A stretch of DNA of 64,000 nucleotides, from the NCBI GenBank assembly GCA_023205875.1, contig CP060755.1, forward strand, positions 744,001-808,000, read 5' to 3'. Positions 1-9,984 of this stretch are shown here, piece after piece. The stretch's first letter is position 1; the number at the start of each line of letters is the position of its first letter. This DNA is from Chloropicon primus (lineage: Eukaryota). A model generated the notes under the pieces. The model made no database searches. It saw nothing but the letters and a program-made list of their open reading frames with translations, and was not told where the DNA came from. The position numbers and the translations under genes were made by a program.

Positions 1-1146
1 CCCTTGAGAGTCTTTCAAGTCCGCCCTCAGGCCCGCGATGCACCCTTTCAGCTGCCCGTAAGCCAGCCGAATTGTGGACAACCTACCATCTGGATCAAGC
101 GGCAGCAAAGACGCACAGAACCCGTGCAGAGTCTGAGACATGTAGGAAGGAAACAGCTCCTTCTTCCGCGTTGTGCCCCCTGAGTCCAGCCACTTGCCTG
201 ACAAGTACTCTTTCGCCGTGAGTCTCTTCGAGGGATCGAGCTGGATCATGTGGAGAATCAGGGCCCTCATGTTCTCGTCTTTCACCTTGCTGGACAGGAC
301 TGTCGACGGGTCGTATTCACCCCTTCGGTACGCGTGCAGCTCCGACAGGTCAAAGAGAGACTTCCCTTCCATGTAAAGCTCCGCGAGGACGCACCCCAGG
401 GAGAATATATCCATCGCGCCAGTCAAGCCCCCCTGGCTCTGCGAAGGGAGGGGCGAAAAAATCGTTGGGGAGCCATCCTCCTGAGAGTCCGCCGTCCCCA
501 GCTCTGCTGCACCGACACTCCCCTCGGCATTCACTTTGTCAACGAACCTCTCGGGTGCCAAGTAGCACCTCCTCCTCGACCCGGCGTCGAAGAAGAAGCT
601 GAAGTCTGCTGGGTTATCCGCCGGCAGGTACGTTGGTTTGTACGCCGAGGCAAAGTCAGAGAGATACACCCAGTTCCAAGAGGTGACCAGAACGTTTTCA
701 CACTTGATGTCCCCGTGGTAAACCCCCTTCTCGTGAGCCTGACCAACCGCAAACAGAAGCTGGAACGCCATCCACTTCTTCTCCGGCAGAGAGAGGAATG
801 GTCTCGTCGAGATCCTCTCGTACAGGTTGCTGAAAACGTACTGCCTAAGAAGGAAGGCCTTGCTATCCGACTCGAACCAAGTCTGAAAGGGCCAGAGGTG
901 AGGACAACTCAGTCCACTGAGGTTATCCCTTATACGCCCGAGCTCCCTCTTGTACACGTCCAGGTCCGGCGATCCCTCCCTCTTGAGGTAAACCTTGACC
1001 ACGACGAGGCCTCCCTCATCGTGAACGCACACGAAAGTCTTCAGCACCCTTCCTCCTCCGAGGGTGTCCTTGTACACCACGTTCGGCAAGTCGGACAAGA
1101 GCTCAGCAGGACGCGTGGTCACCGCCTTGGCCAACTGGTTTCCCAT
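1..1146 (-). CDS. VPS15: Vps15 / PI3K regulatory subunit 4, N-terminal kinase domain (runs off the left edge)
   Basis: Hand translation of the minus strand (not in the ORF track): MGNQLAKAVTTRPAELLSDLPNVVYKDTLGGGRVLKTFVCVHDEGGLVVVKVYLK, HGDIKCENVLVTSWNWVYLSDFASAYKPTYLPADNPADFSFFFD...RRRCYLAPERF, MDIFSLGCVLAEL. Myristoylation-type MG start. Confidence 0.95.
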   Translation of the reverse strand, partial: MGNQLAKAVTTRPAELLSDLPNVVYKDTLGGGRVLKTFVCVHDEGGLVVVKVYLKREGSPDLDVYKRELGRIRDNLSGLSCPHLWPFQTWFESDSKAFLLRQYVFSNLYERISTRPFLSLPEKKWMAFQLLFAVGQAHEKGVYHGDIKCENVLVTSWNWVYLSDFASAYKPTYLPADNPADFSFFFDAGSRRRCYLAPERFVDKVNAEGSVGAAELGTADSQEDGSPTIFSPLPSQSQGGLTGAMDIFSLGCVLAELYMEGKSLFDLSELHAYRRGEYDPSTVLSSKVKDENMRALILHMIQLDPSKRLTAKEYLSGKWLDSGGTTRKKELFPSYMSQTLHGFCASLLPLDPDGRLSTIRLAYGQLKGCIAGLRADLKDSQG

Positions 1147-1549
1147 CTTAAACCTCCTCTATCCAATACACGCTTCACTCTCAGGCGCCAAATTCGCCAA
1201 GTGGCATACCAATCGAAAGCCCGTGAGCCGTAGTATGCAACCGCGTCACCCTCGACCCCTTCGCGAAACCTTCGCGACCTCACCCGACCCGAAACTCTTC
1301 ATCTGCTTGCGGAGGCGAACTCCCTCACACACGGGTGGAGTGGAGCCTTGCGAGGTGGGAAGGGGGAGAGGAAGCCGAGGAAGGTTTTGAGTGCGAGGAC
1401 GTGACCCAGGGCGAAGTTCAGGAGGAGGAAGGCGCCCGGAACGATCGACTGTGGAGCGAGGAATGAAATGCTTGCACGACGTTCGAAGGGGAAGCCAGTA
1501 GTCCGTTCGGGACGAGAGAGAACACGCGTGTGGTGCCGGTGAGCTTATA

Positions 1550-2215
1550 TTACAGCTCGAGCTTCTCGAGCTTTTCTCGAATTTCAGGAGGGATGTCGGT
1601 GTCGAGGTCCTCCAGCAGCATGAACTTGATGATACGCTTCTCGATATTGAGCCACACCTTGGGCTTGGGGAGGGAAAGCTTGCCGACGTTCCAGAGCCAG
1701 TACCCGAGTGCGCAGGTGGCAGCCAAGCCGGCAAGCAGGAAGACCAAGATCACCACAAGCCTGAAGCACGGGTTCTTGATCCTGGTGTAGAAGAAACCAT
1801 CCGAGAGGATGTACTCCCTGAGCGGGTGCCTCGTGGTGAGGACGAGCACGTCCGAGGAGGAGGAGACCTCCGAGGAGAGCTGGAGCCTGGTCCTCGCGGT
1901 GGAGACATTGACCGTGGTGAAGAGCTCCCCCGCGCTCACGTTGGAGTGAGCCTGGGATATGACTCCCGGAACCACGCGGTGCTCCACGAGCCTCGCGTCG
2001 TCCCGGAGGACGTCGTCGGAGGGCAGGGGCCCCCTGAGCTCCTGATCCTTGACCGGGACGCCAAGTATGCCTCTCACCGCCTTCTTGACGTCGAGCACGG
2101 TCGCATTCTTGAAGCAGCTCCTGCGGGGCCTAAACGAAACCGGTATGCTTCGCCTCACAATGGCTTTCCCATTCCTGTCCACTGCTTCCACGCGAACCTG
2201 AACGACGCACTCCAT
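1550..2215 (-). CDS. Hypothetical protein with ubiquitin-like domain and a C-proximal transmembrane helix
   Basis: ATG 2215 (MECVVQVRV). ATVLDVKKAVRGILGVPVKDQELRG...VLRDDARL resembles a UBL fold; hydrophobic LVVILVFLLAGLAATCALGYWLW. Confidence 0.6.
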   Translation of the reverse strand: MECVVQVRVEAVDRNGKAIVRRSIPVSFRPRRSCFKNATVLDVKKAVRGILGVPVKDQELRGPLPSDDVLRDDARLVEHRVVPGVISQAHSNVSAGELFTTVNVSTARTRLQLSSEVSSSSDVLVLTTRHPLREYILSDGFFYTRIKNPCFRLVVILVFLLAGLAATCALGYWLWNVGKLSLPKPKVWLNIEKRIIKFMLLEDLDTDIPPEIREKLEKLEL

Positions 2216-3643
2216 GCCGAAGAACTTGAATGAACGGCGTCGTCCTCCCCCTCGGAGGTCCAGCCAGTGCTTGGCAAGACAAGGAAAGTCTCCGGCGGGA
2301 GCTTGAGACCTAGTTGCTACACCATCGCCCTCCTCCTCCTCCTTGTTCGGTGAGGTTTTTAGGCCAGTCAGCAACAACCTCAGAGGAGGGAGGGGAGCAA
2401 TGCAATGCAGGGAGCAATGACAATGCACAACGCTACGCTACACGACGACCTCTTGTTGACCTCCTCTGAAGCAAGGCCCAAGTGCCCAAGACGGCATCTT
2501 TGACGCCACTCTTCAAGTCACCTTGGGTCCCTTGAGCCGAGGAGCCCCGCGTCCCCGTCGGAGGTTGGCGTTAGTCAAGTTAACCCCTACTTTGGCTTCT
2601 GCTTAAGGAAAAGCTTTCCAGGGAACACGTCTTGAAAAGCAAAGGTCCTTTCTTAAATATCTTGAGTATCATATCAAAATATCCCATTACAAGCGGACGA
2701 AGGGGGGGGGGGACGAAGGGGAAGAAGGATCCTTTCTGTGGAGGAGAAGCATGCCAGGTCACAAGGAGGATCATGACCTCTCGAGAAAGAAAAACCGAAC
2801 GGTCGCCTAAACTCAGTCCAAGCGACATACACGATGTCCCTTTTCCCTCCTCCTTCACATCCATCCTTTTTTGCTTCTTCATTTTCTTCCATCGAACGAT
2901 CCTTCCATCGAAAGATGCGCCTTTGCGTCGTGCAAAGCATGGAACCATCCACGGGGTGTCCTCTTGATGACGAATAAGGTTTGGTCTCTCCTCTCCTCTC
3001 CTCTCCTCTCTCCTCTCGCTCGCTCGGGGTATGTCTTGTTTCTCGTCGCTTTGACGAGATTGATGACGATTGATTGAGAAGAGATTCCCTCGGCGAGAGT
3101 CTGCGAGAGGAGAGGAGAGACAGGATCGTGACGCCGACGAGGGTGGATACCAATACGATTGCTTGGCGTGCTGGATTGATCGCTCGGACGGTGGAGACGA
3201 GAAAGAGAAAGAGGAAGAGGAAGAGGAAGAGGAAGAGGGAGGCATCCCCATAGGGAAGGACGGAACAGGGTGACAAGGCGGAGAAAGGAGGAAAGGCATT
3301 GGAGACAAAGATGGGAACACAAGAGTAATAGTGTGGGTCCCAGGTTTGTGTGCAGGATAGGGAGTCTTTGGGGTCGGAACCTCGAGAAAAGGCTCAAGGG
3401 ACGAGGGGTGAGGAAGGGAAAGGGATATCGTCTATCTTTCCGCATTGAAAGGTAAGGAGAAACGAACTTTTGCGGTTGCTCGGGCGGAACCCGGGTTTCC
3501 TGGAACAATGTTTCTTTCTTCTTCTTTCTTGGAGTCACAAGCCACGTGTTTAAGTTGGTTTGGACGAGGAGGAGGAAGGAAAGCAATGAGAGGCATGGAT
3601 ACTGACACGATTCTTGACTCGCGTTAGGCTTGACGGGGACGCG

Positions 3644-4375
3644 ATGGAGGTGACTCACAGTGCATTTACGATAGCACAGGCGACGGAGACGAAGTCCGAG
3701 GAGGACTGCGAGGACTGGGACAACTGGTCTACGGAGAGGGAGAGCGATTCCGCGACGAGTCACGGTGGAGTGGATGAGAGCCACGAGTCGTTCTCGAACA
3801 CGGTGGACTCGCTTCTGCAAGAATCACTGAATTCTTTCTTGGACGAGGGGCCGATACTCCACCCCATCGAGCACCAGTACTCGGAACTCAAGGGAGGCAA
3901 CTCGAGTTTTTCTAGCAACCCCCAGAGCACGCGGGACTTTGTGGCCGATTGCTTGTCATTAGTCTGCGAGTGCAAAGGGTTCGAGTACTCCATAGTGTGG
4001 GAGATAGACAACAAGTTGGGGCTCTTGACCGCGAAGACTGGTTATTACATCCCGGGGTGCGGAAAGATAAAAACGTTTTACAACAGTTCGATGACCTTGC
4101 GAGCGTTTCCACTCGGGCTGGAGATCCCCGGACGAGTGGCTTACAGCGGTCAAGTGGAGTGGTGCGACCACGTCCACGAGGAAGCCGTATGCAGGTTCCA
4201 CCGCGTGAACGAGGCCAAGATGTACGGGGTACAGACTGTGCTTGGAATACCTATAGCGTGCGGGGTGTTGGAGTTCGGAAGCAGCCAGAAGATCCCCCAG
4301 TGCCCGCAAATCTTGAGGTACATCCACAACGTGTGCAAGCCTTTGTTGTACTGCTTGCAGGACTCGACTTGGTAA
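3644..4375 (+). CDS. bHLH-MYC N-terminal (GAF-like) domain protein with acidic N-terminus and no bHLH
   Basis: YSIVWE...SMTLRAFPLGLEIPGRVAYSGQVEW...RVNEAKMYGVQTVLGIPIACGVLEFGSSQKI matches the MYC2/GL3 N-terminal domain pattern. Probable 5'UTR intron about 3452-3627 (GTAAG, CTGAC, TAG). Confidence 0.75.
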   Translation: MEVTHSAFTIAQATETKSEEDCEDWDNWSTERESDSATSHGGVDESHESFSNTVDSLLQESLNSFLDEGPILHPIEHQYSELKGGNSSFSSNPQSTRDFVADCLSLVCECKGFEYSIVWEIDNKLGLLTAKTGYYIPGCGKIKTFYNSSMTLRAFPLGLEIPGRVAYSGQVEWCDHVHEEAVCRFHRVNEAKMYGVQTVLGIPIACGVLEFGSSQKIPQCPQILRYIHNVCKPLLYCLQDSTW

Positions 4376-4868
4376 GAAGTGCGCGGAGCTTGAGATTGCC
4401 AAAGGGCAAACGGGTGGGCAGATGGACGAAAAGGAAGGGGGAAGGGACAATGAGGCCTGTATTTTTATTCACCAACCTTCAAAGAAATCTTCTACGAAGC
4501 TTTAAAAAACGATTCTTTTATGTTGTAAAAAAACAAAAACAAAAACAAAACTTTTCTTCGAGGCAACACCCACCACACCCCCGCGCGGCGCCGGCTCGCT
4601 TTCCCTCGCCTCCCCACGCCCCCGCCAAGTGAGGCACCCATATTCGAAAGCCCGCGAGACGTAGCATCGACCAGAGCCTGTTCACTCCTCCCGAGGCCTT
4701 CCCTTTCCCCGCGATCACTTCCCCAACTTCGATTGCCCTTCTTCCAACCCAGGCAGCCCCCCCCCCGGTAGCGGCGCAGACTACAGAACTTTGATCAGAA
4801 TACATGATTTAAAGTCTCGCACACCATGGTGGTCTTGCTTGCTCTGCGTGGCAAACGAATCTCCCTCC

Positions 4869-5678
4869 TCACTCTTCCTGCTTGACCTTGACGATGGAAG
4901 GGGCCGTCTTGCTTCGTGTTCTCTTCGACGACGGAGGACGAACTTTGCAGAGCCCGACCTCTTCGAGGTACTCTCTCTTCACAATGCATTGTTCCTTGTC
5001 GCTCAGCATAAGAGATGTGTCCGCAAAGATGATCCTCAACACCTCGTTGTAGTCCGCGATCTCTCTCTTCTTCTCCGGGGACTTGCTGTCGTAACGCAGG
5101 GCCTCCTGCACGGCTTCGGCGTACTCCTCCTCCGTCATCAGGCCGGACTCGAGAGCCTCTCTCAAAACCAAAGCATAGGGAGAAGGAGAACTTGTTGTGT
5201 TGTTGTTGGTGGTGGTGGCGTTGGAATTCTGCTTATTGAGGTTGTCGGCGGTTGATCGATTCAAGTATTCCTTGGCGATGGCATATCTTCCGTATGCAGT
5301 GCGAACAAAGCGGGGGCCATGTGAACAAGCAGACCTGACAGTGGCCCGCATTATCTCATCATCCGTAGAAACAGAACCATCCATACGCCTGAACACATAC
5401 AACTTCTTGGCCTGGATCAGACCAAGGATCTCTTTGATGTGCAAGCTCTCTCCCGCTTCTTGAAGAACGAGATAGACGGCAGTCCGAAGCGTTCTCTTTC
5501 CATTGCGAGTCCTGAAAGGACGTGCGTTGCCTCCCATTATAGTCAACTGCGCTGACGCTGACCCAGGCTGAAAAGACGAACCCGCACCACCACTATCCTC
5601 CTCACTGTCGCTCTCCTCTTCGATGATGGTGGTGGAGCCCGTCAAGAAGCTCTGCACACACTCTCCGTCCATGTCCAT
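4869..5678 (-). CDS. HARE-HTH (HB1/ASXL winged helix) domain protein
   Basis: TLRTAVYLVLQEAGESLHIKEILGLIQAKKL...ATVRSACSHGPRFVRTAYGRYAI fits the HARE-HTH pattern; first in-frame ATG 5678. Confidence 0.65.
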   Translation of the reverse strand: MDMDGECVQSFLTGSTTIIEEESDSEEDSGGAGSSFQPGSASAQLTIMGGNARPFRTRNGKRTLRTAVYLVLQEAGESLHIKEILGLIQAKKLYVFRRMDGSVSTDDEIMRATVRSACSHGPRFVRTAYGRYAIAKEYLNRSTADNLNKQNSNATTTNNNTTSSPSPYALVLREALESGLMTEEEYAEAVQEALRYDSKSPEKKREIADYNEVLRIIFADTSLMLSDKEQCIVKREYLEEVGLCKVRPPSSKRTRSKTAPSIVKVKQEE

Positions 5679-5860
5679 GGCGATGGCACCTGGGGGCAAC
5701 CCTCCCTTGTCGTCATCATTGTTGCGCGACGAACCCGAGCGTTAAATCTCACTCGCGTAAACTCCTCTCCTTGAGGGTTTCGCGCGAGGAAATCCTTCAG
5801 GAGGAACAACCGCCTGGGGGCGAGGGGGAGGGTCAGGGAAAGTGGACGTGGAGCTTCGAC

Positions 5861-7072
5861 ATGTTTAAGATCAACTGCGCTGTGCAGAACTACGCATGGG
5901 GTCGTCTGGGAAGCGACAGCGAGGTGGCCAAGTTGTTTGCCTCCGGCAACGCTGGCGCTGAGGTGGAGGAGGACAAGCCTTACGCGGAGCTTTGGATGGG
6001 AACCCACCCGAGCGGACCGAGCGTCGTGGCTTCCACGAACTCCACGCTCAAGTCCTGGATCGAGGTGAACGAGGCATCTCTGGGAAAGGTGTTGCTTGAC
6101 AAGTATGGGAAGGACTTGCCCTTCCTGTTCAAGGTACTTTCCGTGAGGACTGCTCTGTCGATACAGGCTCACCCGCACAAGTCGCTCGCGGAGGAGCTCC
6201 ACGCGGATCGCCCACACGTGTACAAGGACGACAACCACAAGCCCGAGATGACCCTCGCCCTCACAGACTTTGAGGCACTCTCCTGCTTCGTTTCTCACGA
6301 GGAGCTCAGCGAGGCCATCGGCAAGGTGCCGGAGTTGGCGGCGTGCATTGGGACGGAGCAAAGCGCCGGGATCGCTGCGGATCTCCTCAAGGCCGAGACT
6401 CGCACGGATGCCCTCAAGTCTGCCTTCAAGGCCGTGATGACGCGGGACGGCCAAGTGGTCAAGGGGTTGATCGAGAAGCTCGTGGATAGGTTGAGAGCGA
6501 AGGGCGATGCGGGCTTGGCACCAAAGGAGGAGCTCATTTTGAGACTCAACTCCCAATACCCTGGAGACGTTGGGATTTTTGCTGCCTACTTCTTGAACTA
6601 CATCAAGATAAAGCCGGGGCAAGCCATTTACCTTGAAGCGAACGAGCCCCACGCCTACCTGAGCGGAAACTGTGTGGAGGTGATGGCAACTTCAGACAAC
6701 GTGGTAAGAGCGGGGCTTACCCCCAAGCTCAGGGATACTGACGTCCTTTGTAGCATGCTGACGTACAAGGCGGGGATGCCTGAGGTCCTTAACGGGGACA
6801 AGGTCACGGACCACATGAAGTCCTACACGCCTCCTTTTGACGAGTTTCAGATCAATGTGGTGGACCTTCCCGCTCGCGGGGAGACGGTGGTGAACCAGAT
6901 CCAAGGCCCGCTCCTTGTTCTCGTTTACGACGGAAAGGGAAAGATCAACGGGTCGGACGTCGCCAAGGGAGAAGTGTATTTCGTCCCGGATGGGCACGAC
7001 ATGAACGTCCAGGGAAGCGAGAGCTCGGGCTGCTCTTTGTACATTGCTTCGGCCAACAAAAGGATCTTTTAA
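5861..7072 (+). CDS. PMI: Mannose-6-phosphate isomerase, type I
   Basis: VQNYAWG, PYAELWMGTHPSGPS, LPFLFKVLS...LSIQAHP, YKDDNHKPEM, PHAYLSG, MATSDNVVRAGLTPK. Confidence 0.97.
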   Translation: MFKINCAVQNYAWGRLGSDSEVAKLFASGNAGAEVEEDKPYAELWMGTHPSGPSVVASTNSTLKSWIEVNEASLGKVLLDKYGKDLPFLFKVLSVRTALSIQAHPHKSLAEELHADRPHVYKDDNHKPEMTLALTDFEALSCFVSHEELSEAIGKVPELAACIGTEQSAGIAADLLKAETRTDALKSAFKAVMTRDGQVVKGLIEKLVDRLRAKGDAGLAPKEELILRLNSQYPGDVGIFAAYFLNYIKIKPGQAIYLEANEPHAYLSGNCVEVMATSDNVVRAGLTPKLRDTDVLCSMLTYKAGMPEVLNGDKVTDHMKSYTPPFDEFQINVVDLPARGETVVNQIQGPLLVLVYDGKGKINGSDVAKGEVYFVPDGHDMNVQGSESSGCSLYIASANKRIF

Positions 7073-7093
7073 AGTGAACCCAAATGAATCTCT

Positions 7094-8482
7094 TTACTTA
7101 CTACTCGAAGCAATGAGCTTCCTCATCCTGGATATTGCCTCGTCCACGACCGGTTCTGTCTTGCAGATCGCGAACCTCACAAGGCACTGCTCGGCACTGC
7201 TCAGTTCGCTCGCGGGCGTCCCGAAAAACATGTTCATAGGAGCAGCGGCGACTTTGCACTTCTCGAGAAGGTCTTTGCAAAACTCCATGTTTGAGGTGAA
7301 GCCCAGCGGCGAGCAGTCCGCGACCACGAAATACCCGCCCTTCGGGCTGTACACTCTCAGGCCCATGTCTCTCAACACTGCGCTCAGCTTCTCGGCGTTC
7401 ATTTTCATCAGGGCCCCCGTGCCATCAAAAGAGACCGCCGGATCGAGGTCGACAAAGCCGTCCAAAGCCTTCGCGATCCCGTGCTGGAAGGGGGTCGGGG
7501 CGCAGTAGGTGGAGTACCCGTGCAGAGCCTTGCAGCCGTTAATGATGTGCTCCGGTCCAACCAGCCACCCGACCCTCCAACCCGTAAGGCTGCAGAGCTT
7601 GGAGGAAGTTCCCATGGACAGGACCTCCACCGACGACCCGGTCGCTTCGTTCAGCTGCTCTATCTCCTGCTGCACCTTCTTGTGCCCACCCGGTGCCCAG
7701 CACTGCCCCTCATATGCCTCGTCCGAGAACAAGGTGCAGCCGACTCTGCTCGTCGACGCGACCTCGTGCACGATTTCCAGCTCTTCCCTGGTGAGAACCC
7801 TGCCGCTAGGATTGTGCGGCGTGTTCACGACTATCAGCCTCGTCTTCTCCGGATTGAATTTCTCCAGAAGCTTGGCCTTGTCTATCTTGAAGTCGTCCTC
7901 CATGCTCAGCCGAACAAGCTTGGCCTCCCCGCCCGCCAGCTTCACTCCCGGTCCGTACCATGGGAAGTAGGGCTCGAAAAGGATGACCTCGTCCCCAGGG
8001 GACACGAGCGTCTGAAAGGCCACGCTGATCGCCTCCGTCCCGCTCGAAGTCACCACGACGTTCTTCTTCGCGTCGAGGTCTTTCATGTTCCACAACCGCG
8101 AGTACAAGCTCGTTATGCTCGCCATGAGAGTCCCGAGACCCACGAGGGGAGAGTACTGGTTCAGCTTGTTGTGCTCCAGCCTCGTGATCACTTCCGCGGC
8201 CTCCAGCCTCGCCTTCCGACTCCCCTCGAAGTCAGGATACCCCTGCGTCAAGTTCACCACCGATGGATGTTCCGCGGCCTCCAGTAGGGCTTTCCATTCT
8301 TCCACATGACCGCCAGCTCCTCCACCCAAAACTCTTCGAGCTCTTTCGCTAAGTACGTCGCGAGAACGGGAGCGAGAACAAGGTGAAGCCATGGCGTGAA
8401 CGCTGCGCAACAATTTCCGTCCCTTTGTTCGAGTCCACGCCCACGCCGCGGCCTGGACAAAACCTTTCCCTCGCATCAGCAT
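7094..8482 (-). CDS. PLP-dependent class I aminotransferase (kynurenine/methionine aminotransferase-like), probable organelle presequence
   Basis: VNLTQGYPDF, NQYSP, FEPYFPWY, VNTPHNPSG, SDEAYE, SSKLCSLTGWRVGW, VRFAICK. Start uncertain (8482 or 8551). Confidence 0.9.
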   Translation of the reverse strand: MLMRGKGFVQAAAWAWTRTKGRKLLRSVHAMASPCSRSRSRDVLSERARRVLGGGAGGHVEEWKALLEAAEHPSVVNLTQGYPDFEGSRKARLEAAEVITRLEHNKLNQYSPLVGLGTLMASITSLYSRLWNMKDLDAKKNVVVTSSGTEAISVAFQTLVSPGDEVILFEPYFPWYGPGVKLAGGEAKLVRLSMEDDFKIDKAKLLEKFNPEKTRLIVVNTPHNPSGRVLTREELEIVHEVASTSRVGCTLFSDEAYEGQCWAPGGHKKVQQEIEQLNEATGSSVEVLSMGTSSKLCSLTGWRVGWLVGPEHIINGCKALHGYSTYCAPTPFQHGIAKALDGFVDLDPAVSFDGTGALMKMNAEKLSAVLRDMGLRVYSPKGGYFVVADCSPLGFTSNMEFCKDLLEKCKVAAAPMNMFFGTPASELSSAEQCLVRFAICKTEPVVDEAISRMRKLIASSSK

Positions 8483-8816
8483 CGTCTCTGACGAACGAGA
8501 AGCCAAAGGAAAGTGACAAGCCAGCCGACCTTGACCCCAAGATGGATTCATGTCATGGGTGGAGCAGAGCAGAGGGAACGAGAACGAGAACGAGAACGAC
8601 GGCCTCTGAGATGGATCGTGGCCATTCGCACTTGCTTGCTTTGCTGGAACGTCCACGAGCGCTCTGCTTCATCGATTGGGATTCGGTTATGGTTATACAT
8701 AATAGAGCAGGGATGGTCACGACCACATGCCACACAAGCCCTTATGTGAAGTGAAGAAGAAGAAGAAGAATACAATACATAATTTTTTTCTCTGCCTCGC
8801 CGTCGTTGGCGTGATC

Positions 8817-9395
8817 TCAGACGGTGACGGTCCTGATCCCCGCCTCATCAACGATCTTAATGGTGTAGGTGGGGGACGCGACCACGAGGCGGTTCTTCAC
8901 CTCCTCGATTCCCAGTCGCATCATCTCGAGGGCCTCGGCCTCCGTCAAGTCCGGGTGCCACATCCTGTCGTACATGGACAACACGAACCACGAGCCGTAA
9001 CCATATCCCGCGATGTTCATATCGTGCATAGTGGCCAGGTAATCCAAAAAGTACAGGGAGGCTCCCTTCCCCTTGTCATACCCCGCGACAAGCAAGTTGG
9101 TGGACTTTGGACCCTTCCTCAAAGCCGTCGCCAGCTCCCCGCGAGAGAAGTTTGCGATCGCCTTGGTGCTCAGCTTGCTTCCGTTCCTCAAAGCGTAAAG
9201 CCTCACGTTCGCCGCAACGAACTCGGAAAACTGTACGCGGTCTCCCGGCTCACCCGACGTCGCAAGCAAAGAGTGCGTCCCGAGCGGCAGTATCTTGTCC
9301 TCGTCGTGCTTCATGGTAATGATCTGCTGCACAGCCGTGGCACTCGTGCACACCATGGCAAAGCCCTTTCCCTTGATCCCCATCACGTACTCCAT
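8817..9395 (-). CDS. PSMB2: 20S proteasome subunit beta type-2 (beta4/PBD)
   Basis: MEYVMGIKGKGF...KHDEDKI...GEPGDRVQFSEFV..N...Y.LRNG...NLLVAGYD...GASLYFLDYL, GYGSWF. Confidence 0.95.
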   Translation of the reverse strand: MEYVMGIKGKGFAMVCTSATAVQQIITMKHDEDKILPLGTHSLLATSGEPGDRVQFSEFVAANVRLYALRNGSKLSTKAIANFSRGELATALRKGPKSTNLLVAGYDKGKGASLYFLDYLATMHDMNIAGYGYGSWFVLSMYDRMWHPDLTEAEALEMMRLGIEEVKNRLVVASPTYTIKIVDEAGIRTVTV

Positions 9396-9984
9396 CGCGC
9401 CTCACCTCCCGACCAAACACGCAAACAAAAAATAAACAAAACACAAAACCTCTCCCCTGCCACTTCCCTCCCTCTCTCAATACTCTCGATCGAGAGATAG
9501 AGAGATAGAGATCAATCGTTCGTTCGTTCGATCGATCGAAGGAACGAGGTGTTCAGTCCCTCCCTCTCGAGCAACGCGCGCACGTCCGCGCACCAAGAAA
9601 AGAAAACAGAAAACAGAAAACAGAAGCACTGAACACCTCAAGGCGTCCTCCTTCCGGTACCTCCGCTCTCTCCCTCGCCTCTCTCTCTCTCTCTGTCTCT
9701 TTCTCGTCGATCGCTCGGCTCGCGTTTGAAACTGAAACCCTCGCCTCGGTGCTTCGTGCTTCTCAATTGTGGGGACAGGAGAAGGGAAGGGGGAAACGCG
9801 CCGTGTTCGGGACCCCGTGGAGGGATCAAGAGGGATAGAGGGTGGAGAAGGTGCGGACGGAGGGATAGAGCGTCTCGCGAGCTTTCAGGAGACCCCTCGT
9901 GCGTCCGATTTGAGTGGAGGGGCGAGGAGGGAGGAGGAGAAGTGTGAGCCACGAGCTTGAGACAGAGGGCGCAGAGGGAGGAGG

